A DNA stretch of 64,000 nt, taken from the IMG/VR virus record IMGVR_UViG_3300035088_000004, positions 473-64,472 of that record. One strand, given 5' to 3'. A program made the position numbers and the translations under genes. This document shows, piece after piece, positions 26,742 through 34,982 of the stretch (positions are counted from its first letter, which is position 1; each line of letters starts with the position of its first letter). Source of the DNA: a virus. Its lineage: Duplodnaviria; Caudoviricetes. Under the pieces are notes generated by a model, which ran no database searches, was not told the origin of the DNA, and worked only from the letters and a program-made list of their open reading frames with translations.

Positions 26742-27190
26742 TTGACTACTCCCTCTATCGTATCAAGATGCTTGTCGAGTGAGCTGACCGCCTTCTGCGC
26801 CTTGAACGGCAACAGGTCAGCTAACACGCTGGAGTACAACTGTCGCAACTCGGCGAGATTGTCTCTGACGAATTGCAAGTCCTGTGGCGGCAGCGTGCCT
26901 TGCGGGTACTTCTTGTCGAGTGCGATTAGCGAGTCATTGAACTTCTCACCCTTGTCGCCGATGGTTCCGAGCTTGTTGGCGATGCGATCCTTGGCGTCAA
27001 GCGGCATTTTGCCTGCTGTGTAGAATTCAGCAACCACGCGATTAGCCAACAACACATCATGGGCCAGTTCATTCGACGCATTGGCCATGCGGTCTAAGTC
27101 GCTGGATGACGGGCAAGCGGTGGCAAGTAGGGCGACTGTGACAATCGCTGCGCAGAGTGCAGGTGATCGATACCGTTGGATTCTCTTCAT
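26738..27190 (-). CDS. Lipoprotein
   Basis: Lipobox LATA-C after hydrophobic core. Confidence 0.75.
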   Translation of the reverse strand: MKRIQRYRSPALCAAIVTVALLATACPSSSDLDRMANASNELAHDVLLANRVVAEFYTAGKMPLDAKDRIANKLGTIGDKGEKFNDSLIALDKKYPQGTLPPQDLQFVRDNLAELRQLYSSVLADLLPFKAQKAVSSLDKHLDTIEGVVK

Positions 27191-27468
27191 CGACTAGCCT
27201 CTTCCTGTTTAATCACTTCACTAACGGTAGCGGTAGATGGTCCGGCAATGGCCCGCTCAATCTGCGCGTTGGCTTTCTCAACTGGAACGACTTGCGAGCG
27301 GGTGAGCAGGATGTTGAAGAAGCCGACAATCACGCTCACCAGCAACATCACCTGCGCCACCTGATCGCCAGTCCAGTGGATTAAGCCGAAGATGATTAAC
27401 GTCGGGATAATTGCCCGGACCACTTCGGATAACCCGCCGAGTATGGCCGCTGGTTCATGATTCAGCAT
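27187..27468 (-). CDS. Putative holin (2 TM)
   Basis: EPAAI...TM...TM...RSQVVPV pattern. Confidence 0.65.
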   Translation of the reverse strand: MLNHEPAAILGGLSEVVRAIIPTLIIFGLIHWTGDQVAQVMLLVSVIVGFFNILLTRSQVVPVEKANAQIERAIAGPSTATVSEVIKQEEASR

Positions 27469-27547
27469 AGGCAGTCTCCAGTTTGATTGTAGCGAGGTTG
27501 GTCATTAACCACTGATGTTACACCGCGCCGGGGTGAATGTCACGGAT

Positions 27548-29740
27548 TTATTGCACGGTTATCGCTATGTTCTTAGTCCCACATGGCCCGCTGATCGTCA
27601 CCACCGCCGACTTCTTCTTTGCCGCCAGCGAGAACTCAACAATCGCACTGCCAAGGTTGACTGGTTGCAGGGCGGGCGTCACCGTCACCTGACCCGAGGT
27701 TGATGTAGCTGAAACCGTGGAACTCTTTGGAATCCCGGTTAATGTGACAATCAGCTTGCCTGTTCCCCACGCTGGGATGACTGGACTATTCGTGGTCATC
27801 ACGCAGAGGGGTGGTGTAGGCGTCGGTTGTGGCGTTGGTTGCGGCGTCGTTGTTGGCGTCGGACTACTACCCGGCGTTGGACTGGCAATCGGTGTAGCGG
27901 TCGGTGTCGGAGTAGCCACAGCACCCGGCTCCACGTCACCCGCTCCAGCCCACGCATCTCCGGTCCACCTGTACCACGGGCCGAGGACTCCCTGCACGTA
28001 GACTGCTCCGTCGAACCATTTGTACATCAGGCCAAAGCCGCCGCCGGTGTGGATACCGTTACGCAGGGTTTCCCTGTTCAGCCCCAACGTCCACGTCCCA
28101 CCTGAACTATCGGTAATCGTCGCTCCTGTCGCTCCATCGGCAGATACGTTGCCCGATGGCGTTGATTGCAGGATGGGCGGGGTTGGGGTTGGCGTGGGAG
28201 TCGCTGTCACACTCGGCAGTGGGCTTGCTGTCGGCGATGGTAACGGCCCACCTGTCCCACCCAGCCGCCAAGCAAGATACCGCCCGCCTGAGCGATACGA
28301 TTCGTCATACTCCTTGCCTCGGTAATGGGCCAACCCGCGATAGCCGTCCTTACCGCTGTACGTCGCGTCAAATATCTCATCCCCCCACTTGCGGAATTTG
28401 TCGTCCAAAGTGATTGAGTATGCATAGCCGAATTGACTAATTGCCGTCGCATTCAATTGTCGGGCATCAGAGACTAGATTGCCGTCAGCGGGAGGAAACG
28501 GATTTGACGCGCTACCACATCCTGTTTCACATGAGAATCCGGTATTAAACTTCCCGTGAACAAAGTAATACATCGTGCGCCAACCATTCGGGTTGTAGCT
28601 GTGGAGGTACTCATGCTCGACTGACTTGAGGATTGCCGCTTTGACGATAGGATCACCTGTCAGACGATGGACTGCGATCATCCCCTCGTTGAGAATGCCA
28701 ACTTGAAACGGTTGTTCAATGCCTGTCATGCCGTCAAGTGCCCCGGGACTTGAATCCTCGATACTAAATCGATACGAACCGTCATCGCTCTGTAACGCGG
28801 CATAGTAACTAACCGCGCTTCTCAACACCTTCGCAAGAAACTCTGCGCGAATAGCCGGGTCAGGATCAACTGCCGCTTCATTTGCGGCGTACAGAGTCAT
28901 AAACCCGCCGTCTCGCACACCGTAGTACAAGCCCGCCTTTGTTGGGTCTTTCTGAGTCCAGTTTGTGGGTGCTTCCACCCAGCTATTGAACTGGTATCGA
29001 ACGTAATCCCTGATCCACGGCCACATCTCCGGTCTGCCGTCTAAGGCGCGGAGTATTAAGCCGTTAAGACTAATCGAGCGCGGCGCAAGGGACTCTCCGC
29101 TTAACGAAACAAGATTCTTGCCATAGTCGATGACAGGTTGACTCCACCACGAATCATTTACCTTCCGTGCACAATCCAAAAACCGTTGATCACCTGTTCG
29201 GTAGTAGGTTTCATAACTCACATAGCCGAAGTCGTAGTAGTTCATGAACCCCTGATAGTTATCCATCTCGCTTGCTGATGGAGAAGCAATCGACTGCCCG
29301 GTCAATGTCGTCCCCTGCCACGGGAGCGTCAACGTCAACTGCGTATCACTCTCAACCGACGCTTTGATCTTGACGATCCTGCCTGCCGCCCCATTGCCGA
29401 TAATCGCGTAGTCCTTTACCTCGGTTAGAAAGTGGGTGTTGGAGCCGATGACGATCTTACTACCGTTGGTAACTGCAACTGTGCCGCTAATCACCACGTT
29501 CCCCGGCGTGTGGGCCACGTCAGGAAAGGCGGAGCACAAAGTCAACCCACGCTCGACGGCGGTTGAGTCAAACCAACTTGCGCCGGGGATTGTCGATGTG
29601 CCTGACTTGACCTGCGGCCCGATGATGAAGGCGACTTCAGCGGAGGGGAAGGTTACGGCATCGGTTTGTGCAGCAGAGTGGTGGACAGTGAATCCGGCAA
29701 CTGTAACAGCCACCGTTACAAATATAGCAAGTAGTCTCAT
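27548..29740 (-). CDS. Large secreted multidomain protein (aromatic-rich helical domain, Pro/Thr linkers, small beta domains), possibly carbohydrate-active
   Basis: Signal peptide MRLLAIFV...SAA-Q; PTPTPTP linkers; start is ATG 29740 with AAGGA SD. Confidence 0.8.
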   Translation of the reverse strand: MRLLAIFVTVAVTVAGFTVHHSAAQTDAVTFPSAEVAFIIGPQVKSGTSTIPGASWFDSTAVERGLTLCSAFPDVAHTPGNVVISGTVAVTNGSKIVIGSNTHFLTEVKDYAIIGNGAAGRIVKIKASVESDTQLTLTLPWQGTTLTGQSIASPSASEMDNYQGFMNYYDFGYVSYETYYRTGDQRFLDCARKVNDSWWSQPVIDYGKNLVSLSGESLAPRSISLNGLILRALDGRPEMWPWIRDYVRYQFNSWVEAPTNWTQKDPTKAGLYYGVRDGGFMTLYAANEAAVDPDPAIRAEFLAKVLRSAVSYYAALQSDDGSYRFSIEDSSPGALDGMTGIEQPFQVGILNEGMIAVHRLTGDPIVKAAILKSVEHEYLHSYNPNGWRTMYYFVHGKFNTGFSCETGCGSASNPFPPADGNLVSDARQLNATAISQFGYAYSITLDDKFRKWGDEIFDATYSGKDGYRGLAHYRGKEYDESYRSGGRYLAWRLGGTGGPLPSPTASPLPSVTATPTPTPTPPILQSTPSGNVSADGATGATITDSSGGTWTLGLNRETLRNGIHTGGGFGLMYKWFDGAVYVQGVLGPWYRWTGDAWAGAGDVEPGAVATPTPTATPIASPTPGSSPTPTTTPQPTPQPTPTPPLCVMTTNSPVIPAWGTGKLIVTLTGIPKSSTVSATSTSGQVTVTPALQPVNLGSAIVEFSLAAKKKSAVVTISGPCGTKNIAITVQ

Positions 29741-29745
29741 TTGAC

Positions 29746-29754
29746 TATTTCCTT
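29746..29754 (+). repeat. Left target-site duplication TATTTCCTT
   Basis: Identical 9-mer at 33483-33491. Confidence 0.9.
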
Positions 29755-29863
29755 GGCTTTGCCTCAAAAAGGTCTAAACACCTTCGTTTGCCTCAAAAAT
29801 CAAGTTGACCGATCTTCGCGCCGCGATTCGCGGCCAACCTGAGTTTGAGGCAAAGGATAGAAT

Positions 29864-29950
29864 TTAGATCTTAACTCCCATCGCGTTTAGCAACTGTTCC
29901 TCTTCAAACGTTAATTTACCCTCCGTGAATCTGAGAAACAGGTCAAGCAT
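29864..29950 (-). CDS. 28-aa micropeptide
   Basis: MLDLFLRFTEGKLTFEEEQLLNAMGVKI with SD GAGGA. Confidence 0.45.
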   Translation of the reverse strand: MLDLFLRFTEGKLTFEEEQLLNAMGVKI

Positions 29951-30483
29951 GGTCGATTCCTCTTATACAGGTTTCGGTCGTGTAGGGGCTGGTGAGTGCT
30001 TCGAACACTTGCCAGTCCCGCTTCTAGCGAGGCCAACCACTATAGAGACATTGTTTCACACATGCAAGGGCCAATCCGAAATAATTCTTGATCAAAAATC
30101 CTGCGTGATTTACTCTTAGCGTGTCGTAAGCCCTACATTGTGGACGTTCTTCCGACAAGGTTGGAATGGACGTGACAAGAAACAAGGACGATGCGGGCGA
30201 GAACGATGTGTGCTGTTCTTTTACAACCAATCCCAGTTGAGTCTGATTTATATACCCTGGCCTAAGGCTAAGGGGGTTCTCATCAGCCCAAGGCTGACAA
30301 AAACATATTAGGCAACCGTTCTTGTCTTGCCTAAGGTAAATCAAAGCTCGCTGTGCAAAAACTAGGAGACGCGGTACGTCTACCCTTTTTGCATGGCGGG
30401 CTTTTTTAGTTTGGACTTAGAACAGTTCGGCGTTCTTAACTTAAAGAAAGGGCTCACTTTATCGAGAGCTAAATCCTTAAATT

Positions 30484-30513
30484 GAAAAAGACTGGCGGCA
30501 ACCAGTCTCTTTC
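30484..30513 (-). terminator. Probable intrinsic terminator
   Basis: GAAAGAGACTGG-TTGCCG-CCAGTCTTTTTC on - strand. Confidence 0.5.
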
Positions 30514-30608
30514 AGAAAGCAAAATTGACGATGAATCAAAAACCGCAAAGGCGGCACCCTCTTGGTGTCGGCATAGTAACTCGAAGCCCGATTACTGTGC
30601 AAGAGAAA

Positions 30609-30722
30609 ATGTCGGACCAAACTAAAAGCGTTAAGGCTACGATCCTGCGCCTCGCGTCGGCGACAATTCGCGTTAGAGAATTACCGACAGGCGAATTGAT
30701 TATCGAGATCGAGCCGCCATAG
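30609..30722 (+). CDS. 37-aa beta-rich micropeptide
   Basis: MSDQTKSVKATILRLASATIRVRELPTGELIIEIEPP; converges on transposase at hairpin 30728-30756. Confidence 0.45.
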   Translation: MSDQTKSVKATILRLASATIRVRELPTGELIIEIEPP

Positions 30723-30758
30723 GATTCGTGCAAGCCCTGTGAGGCGGGCTACGCACAA

Positions 30759-31994
30759 TTACGCGGCGTGAGCTTCCGAAAAGTCTACGTCAATTCCTAA
30801 CTCATGCTGTGACTGAATGACTACGCAGAGATTGTGGCAAAGCACCTTGCACAGTGCTTCGTTAATCTGCGCCGTGAGTGTCTTACTGCGAAGTCTCTGC
30901 CCAAACTTCGACTTGATCATGTGGAACGTCGTTTCAACGTTGGACCGCTTGTGATAGTGCGTCAAGAATTCTTCGCGGTGGTCTGTGTAGAATTCCAGCA
31001 TTCGAGTCCACAGCGTTGACTTTGGACCATAGTTGGTCTGTGCTTTGGAATTGGACTTGAACGGGATGTAAGGGATGGCCTTATGCCGCAAAGTCGTTAA
31101 TAGATTCTCTCCGCTTAAATAGGCTTTGTCTGCGCTCACTTCTTTCAGCGTGAAACCGTTTCCGGCAGTCGCTTCGAGCAAAGGCTTGAAGTAACCGTGA
31201 TCGTTTGAGTATCCATCGCTTATCTCAACGGACGTAACCACGTTGGTTTTTACCCCACACATCAGATGCACCTTGATCCACATGCGCCGATCTTCTTCCT
31301 TGCCATACTTCACATCTAGCCAACGCGTGAATTGACCTGTGCTGAACCCCGAACTATCAACCGCGAAGTCTGATTCAATCGATTTGAGCGGCTGTGCACT
31401 CAACTTGATCAACTCATACAAGTACGGTGTCAATGCTTCGGCTTCGAGGTAACGAAAGACTGAATTATATGAAGGCATCTGAGACAGAAAGCCGCGTCTT
31501 CTCGCTTCCTGTAGATCACTCTGAAAGCGGCGACCTGAAACCGTAGAATAAACTTTGAACGTGCTGGCGAAGATAATGTCAGCCAACGATAGACGCGGCC
31601 TCCCGCGATGCTGCACAGGCTCAGGGATGTTTCTGCATAGTTCGTAGAGCAATGCCTGTAGCTGTGACTTCTCTTGGGTCTGAGCGGCATTGTACGCGGG
31701 CCAATTCTGCGTGTAGGTCTTGCGCGTGACCTTGACCGTTTCGGTTGTGATGGTCGCGCCGTCTGCGGTCTGCTCGCGTTGGATCGTGTATTCGACTGCA
31801 AAGATATGCTTGCATCTGGCGCTAGTGAATTCGTGATCACGGCAAGTGCAACTCGGCTTTTCAGCGTCCAGCGCAACGGTGTACTTTTCCTGCTTATTGC
31901 TTTGTGAGGGAACAAGCCAAAGATTGCCTTTGCCTTGGCGCGTCAGTTTGGTTTTAGCGGCTATTTCAAGACCTTTGATCTCGCGTGGTTCCAT
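30759..31994 (-). CDS. DDE transposase (IS4/IS5 superfamily) with N-terminal SWIM zinc finger
   Basis: CTC...CKH SWIM; AVDSSG, SADKAY, YHKRSNVETTFHMIK (Y-2-R-3-E-6-K); start 31994 has AAGGAG SD. Confidence 0.92.
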   Translation of the reverse strand: MEPREIKGLEIAAKTKLTRQGKGNLWLVPSQSNKQEKYTVALDAEKPSCTCRDHEFTSARCKHIFAVEYTIQREQTADGATITTETVKVTRKTYTQNWPAYNAAQTQEKSQLQALLYELCRNIPEPVQHRGRPRLSLADIIFASTFKVYSTVSGRRFQSDLQEARRRGFLSQMPSYNSVFRYLEAEALTPYLYELIKLSAQPLKSIESDFAVDSSGFSTGQFTRWLDVKYGKEEDRRMWIKVHLMCGVKTNVVTSVEISDGYSNDHGYFKPLLEATAGNGFTLKEVSADKAYLSGENLLTTLRHKAIPYIPFKSNSKAQTNYGPKSTLWTRMLEFYTDHREEFLTHYHKRSNVETTFHMIKSKFGQRLRSKTLTAQINEALCKVLCHNLCVVIQSQHELGIDVDFSEAHAA

Positions 31995-32130
31995 TATGAG
32001 CATCTCCTTGCCTTTAAGAAGCGATTCGCTCACAATGTCTTTACCGGAGATCAAGTGCGAGCAATCGCGTTTGATTTTCAAAAGGGCCTTAGCGGTTACA
32101 GCCGTTAGGGCCTTTGCTTTTCGATGAGGG

Positions 32131-32201
32131 AATTATACGTGCGCGGGTACGTATAAGTCAAGGCGAATGGTTGACTTCTACGAAGGCGGGCACGTATAAT
32201 T
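32131..32201. promoter_or_regulatory. Mirror-image divergent promoters
   Basis: Both strands read TTGACTTnTACG-N6-GCACGTATAATT (TTGACT-18-TATAAT). Confidence 0.8.
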
Positions 32202-32207
32202 GCAGCC

Positions 32208-32405
32208 ATGCCAAGACAAAAGAAAAAGAATGCGGCAGCGGTCGCTCTAGGGCGTAGAGGCGCTAGGAAAGGCGGTCTGGCTCGCGCAGCAAGCTTAACA
32301 GCGGAAGAGCGTAGCGAGAGCGCCAAAAGGGCAGTAGCGGCCCGGTGGGAACGGTATAGAGAGAAGTTAGACCGCAAGCGTCCGGGTGATTCATCCGGCA
32401 GCTAA
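32208..32405 (+). CDS. Small basic protein (G..GG.ARA..LT.EERS..A..A..ARW), leaderless
   Basis: 65 aa; ATG 7 nt after TATAAT. Confidence 0.8.
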   Translation: MPRQKKKNAAAVALGRRGARKGGLARAASLTAEERSESAKRAVAARWERYREKLDRKRPGDSSGS

Positions 32406-32407
32406 AT

Positions 32408-33418
32408 CTAATGTCGCGGAAAAAACTTGTTCAAAGGATCACTATGCGCCGCAGATGGATTGGCCTTGCGTCTTATCTTTTCCAACTTAGATTGTTCTCG
32501 TTGGGCCTTTACGTCCGGTCGATGCAATAGCTCTGTTATTTTCTTCGCCGGAATGACGAGAGCGATCCCCATATTTAGAGGCGAGAGCGTTGCGTCATGT
32601 CCATTGATTTTCACGTCCTGTTCCCCCGGATAAAACCCTTGAATAATTCCTATACAGTGACTTACCTCCCATGACGGACGGGAACTAGTTCGTTCCTCGT
32701 AAACTTTCGTCGGTCGCAGGAACACCGGGGAACCGCTTTGACCGCCCCATGACGCTATCTCTACCAAGAATGCTTCGATCTCTTGGTAGATGTCAGGTTC
32801 TATCTCTGCTGTGATCTTCTCACCTATTGCTGGAACTAGAGCGATGTGCCCAAAACGGGCCACTGGAGTCGCCGCGTGGTCACTACCTGAATGATGATCG
32901 AAAAGTCCGATGCTAAACACTTCATCTCCAGAGCCGTATCTGAGCGGACTAGGATGATCGGCTGGAAATTGATTCATGGGGTAGTAGTGATCCGCGTAAG
33001 AACGTAATTCTGTATGATCTATCAATTCGATATCGAACTTTTCAAACTCACCCTTCCACATAAACTCCAGCGGAACTACAGCCACATCGCTACTCGGATC
33101 ACAGAACCAATCGCCTTTTAGTATAGGCTTATCTTCTTTACCGCCGCGCTTCAAGTTAAGTCGGATCTGGACATCCGAGTCAAAGATCGAATGCCTGGTG
33201 GTCACGGCATATACCGCCATATCCCATTTCATTAGAACAAAAAATACCGTGGAAACAGGTTCGTTATTCTCAATGAGAAAGGTAGCGGTCTTGGTAATAT
33301 CTGGATTTATAAACACGCGTAGATGTCCCCACTTATCAAGTATGGGTTTCCATCGCCAACTATTCCATCTCGGATCTTGGTAGTAGAGTAGCGGCTCATG
33401 CCGCAGATTATGCGGCAT
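32408..33418 (-). CDS. Trypsin-like serine protease (transposon cargo)
   Basis: Triad motifs VTTRH, SDVAVV, GGQSGSPVF; no signal peptide. Confidence 0.85.
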   Translation of the reverse strand: MPHNLRHEPLLYYQDPRWNSWRWKPILDKWGHLRVFINPDITKTATFLIENNEPVSTVFFVLMKWDMAVYAVTTRHSIFDSDVQIRLNLKRGGKEDKPILKGDWFCDPSSDVAVVPLEFMWKGEFEKFDIELIDHTELRSYADHYYPMNQFPADHPSPLRYGSGDEVFSIGLFDHHSGSDHAATPVARFGHIALVPAIGEKITAEIEPDIYQEIEAFLVEIASWGGQSGSPVFLRPTKVYEERTSSRPSWEVSHCIGIIQGFYPGEQDVKINGHDATLSPLNMGIALVIPAKKITELLHRPDVKAQREQSKLEKIRRKANPSAAHSDPLNKFFPRH

Positions 33419-33481
33419 TAGTTGCCCCCTTTAAATCGGTCAATCTGCTTTTTGGGGCAGACGCCGTTATTAAGGCAAAGC

Positions 33482-33733
33482 CTATTTCCTTCCATTATTA
33501 TGACGACTGTTGATTTGTTTGATTGCGCCGGTCTTTACAACATCCTCGACACGCACCTTGTAAAAAATACACAGCTTAGCCAGCGTGTCGCCTGTCGGCG
33601 CAGCCCGTCCTGTCTCAATCTGCCAGAGTGTCTGTCGCGTGATATTCAGTGCTTCCGTAACACTCTGCACCGTGCGCTCACCCCGCGCCTGCCTGATACG
33701 CTTATAATCGATTACCGTGTCCGCTGGTTTCAT
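33482..33733 (-). CDS. XRE-family HTH regulator, leaderless
   Basis: RIRQARGERTVQSVTEALNITRQTLWQIETGRAAP; ATG 33733 is 7 nt after TAGACT. Confidence 0.85.
   Translation of the reverse strand: MKPADTVIDYKRIRQARGERTVQSVTEALNITRQTLWQIETGRAAPTGDTLAKLCIFYKVRVEDVVKTGAIKQINSRHNNGRK
33483..33491 (+). repeat. Right target-site duplication TATTTCCTT
   Basis: Abuts right TIR. Confidence 0.9.
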
Positions 33734-33740
33734 TGCTCGC

Positions 33741-33860
33741 AGTCTAATCCTGTCATTCAGCCACGTCAATGCTAATTTACAGGCCGGAAACGGTCGGTTG
33801 AAAATAATTGCTGAATAGTTGTAACGAGCTATTGACATGAATAAGAGTCAGGTGTATAGT
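33741..33860. promoter_or_regulatory. Divergent promoter pair with shared ATTGAC-N10-G(A/T)CAG site
   Basis: -: TTGACG(33769)-17-TAGACT; +: TTGACA(33832)-17-TATAGT. Confidence 0.75.
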
Positions 33861-33902
33861 GGATTCCGTTGAGGGGTTAAAGGGGCTGGAACGGAGAATC
33901 AA

Positions 33903-34205
33903 ATGGCAAGTATCGGACGGGGAAATTTGAGATGCAAAGTTCAGGGGTGTAATCGAGTGCGTCCGTATTGGGCAGATGAGTGCAAGGGACACCGCAAGGC
34001 AAAGCCAAAGGTGGACACCAACAAACCAACCTTCTGCGGCAACCGAGAGTCAGGCTGTGGCGCTGAACTGACGGAGGCCGATTTCGAGAATGGCGCATGT
34101 ACGCAGTGCTCGTATCCGCTCGGAGTATCCGGCCTCCCACTTGAGCATCAACTGCTCCTGTCACTACGGGAGATTCAAAGCCAGCGGGATGAGGAGGTTG
34201 CATGA
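33903..34205 (+). CDS. Zinc-finger hypothetical early protein
   Basis: SD GGAG; several Cys pairs. Confidence 0.7.
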   Translation: MASIGRGNLRCKVQGCNRVRPYWADECKGHRKAKPKVDTNKPTFCGNRESGCGAELTEADFENGACTQCSYPLGVSGLPLEHQLLLSLREIQSQRDEEVA

Positions 34206-34528
34206 TGAATGAACGAGTTAAAAAGCTATGGGTTGACGCACTGCGGAGCGGCAAGTACAGGCAATGCAGGGCTAGATTAAAAGTTCACGGCAATCGGGAC
34301 AATGGCCCATCTTATTGCTGTCTCGGAGTTCTGGAAGAAATCGCGAAAGATGAGGGTGTTATAAGCGGCTACGATGCGGCTGGACTGGTACTTGATAAAA
34401 CAGTTATGGGTTGGGCCGAATTAGAAACTGCCGATCCAAGAGTGGGTGACGGACAATCACTTACCGCGCTGAACGATAGCGGTAGCGGTTTTTGGTTTAT
34501 CGCTGAACAAATTGAACAGCATCTTTAA
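34202..34528 (+). CDS. Phage protein, paralog of 3828-4172
   Basis: MNERVKKLWVDALRSGKYRQ...CCLGVLEE...LNDSG. Confidence 0.8.
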   Translation: MMNERVKKLWVDALRSGKYRQCRARLKVHGNRDNGPSYCCLGVLEEIAKDEGVISGYDAAGLVLDKTVMGWAELETADPRVGDGQSLTALNDSGSGFWFIAEQIEQHL

Positions 34529-34530
34529 CT

Positions 34531-34713
34531 ATGGACCACCTAACCCCCGATATAATCTATAGCTACCCGCTCATCCTCGTCATGGAAGATTGCTACGTCC
34601 CTGAATCAGCCTGCGCGGTGATAGGCGCGTTTATCGGAGTTGATGAAGAGTCGGCAGCGGTAACGATTAAGCTGATGGCCGTAGACGCAGAGCGGCAGTT
34701 GACTAACAACTAA
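34531..34713 (+). CDS. Hypothetical protein
   Basis: ORF chain. Confidence 0.5.
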   Translation: MDHLTPDIIYSYPLILVMEDCYVPESACAVIGAFIGVDEESAAVTIKLMAVDAERQLTNN

Positions 34714-34725
34714 GGAGCAACCACC

Positions 34726-34980
34726 ATGTTCATCGACATCGAACGCGTAGATCCACCAGCACAGGGAATCCAGCTAATGAACCAAGCTGAACGGAACAAG
34801 TTGATTGAGGATGCTAATCACCTCGCCTACAACTACATCCTGCATTCCGGCGCTTACAAGCGACTGTCCGGGGAACAGTGGGACGCGTTGGCTGGACTGA
34901 TCGCCCTACGACTACTGGGCACGATGGATCGGATGGTGGATGAGGCGGTTGGGCAGTTGGGTGAGAAGGGACGGAAATAG
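34726..34980 (+). CDS. Hypothetical protein
   Basis: SD TAAGGAG. Confidence 0.7.
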   Translation: MFIDIERVDPPAQGIQLMNQAERNKLIEDANHLAYNYILHSGAYKRLSGEQWDALAGLIALRLLGTMDRMVDEAVGQLGEKGRK

Positions 34981-34982
34981 CA

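Larger units (their letters stand above)
29755..33482. mobile_element. 3728-bp IS5-family (IS903-like) cargo-carrying transposon
   Basis: TIRs GGCTTTGCCTCAAAAA / GGCTTTGCCTTAATAA (14/16), 9-bp TSD, internal DDE transposase. Confidence 0.9.

Noticed and set aside
29741-29767. Upstream TTG start of the 739-aa track ORF
   Set aside because: It lies inside the transposon TIR; ATG 29740 has the SD and begins the signal peptide.
30076-30087. Guide matching the transposon target site
   Set aside because: Only a 6-nt match (GAAATA), which is expected by chance.
30279-30298. Hammerhead ribozyme (GTC...CTGATGA on -)
   Set aside because: No stem II followed by GAAA, and stem I does not pair correctly.
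30024-30344. 106-aa track ORF inside the transposon
   Set aside because: TTG start, no SD and unprotein-like composition; the region is better explained by RNA structure.
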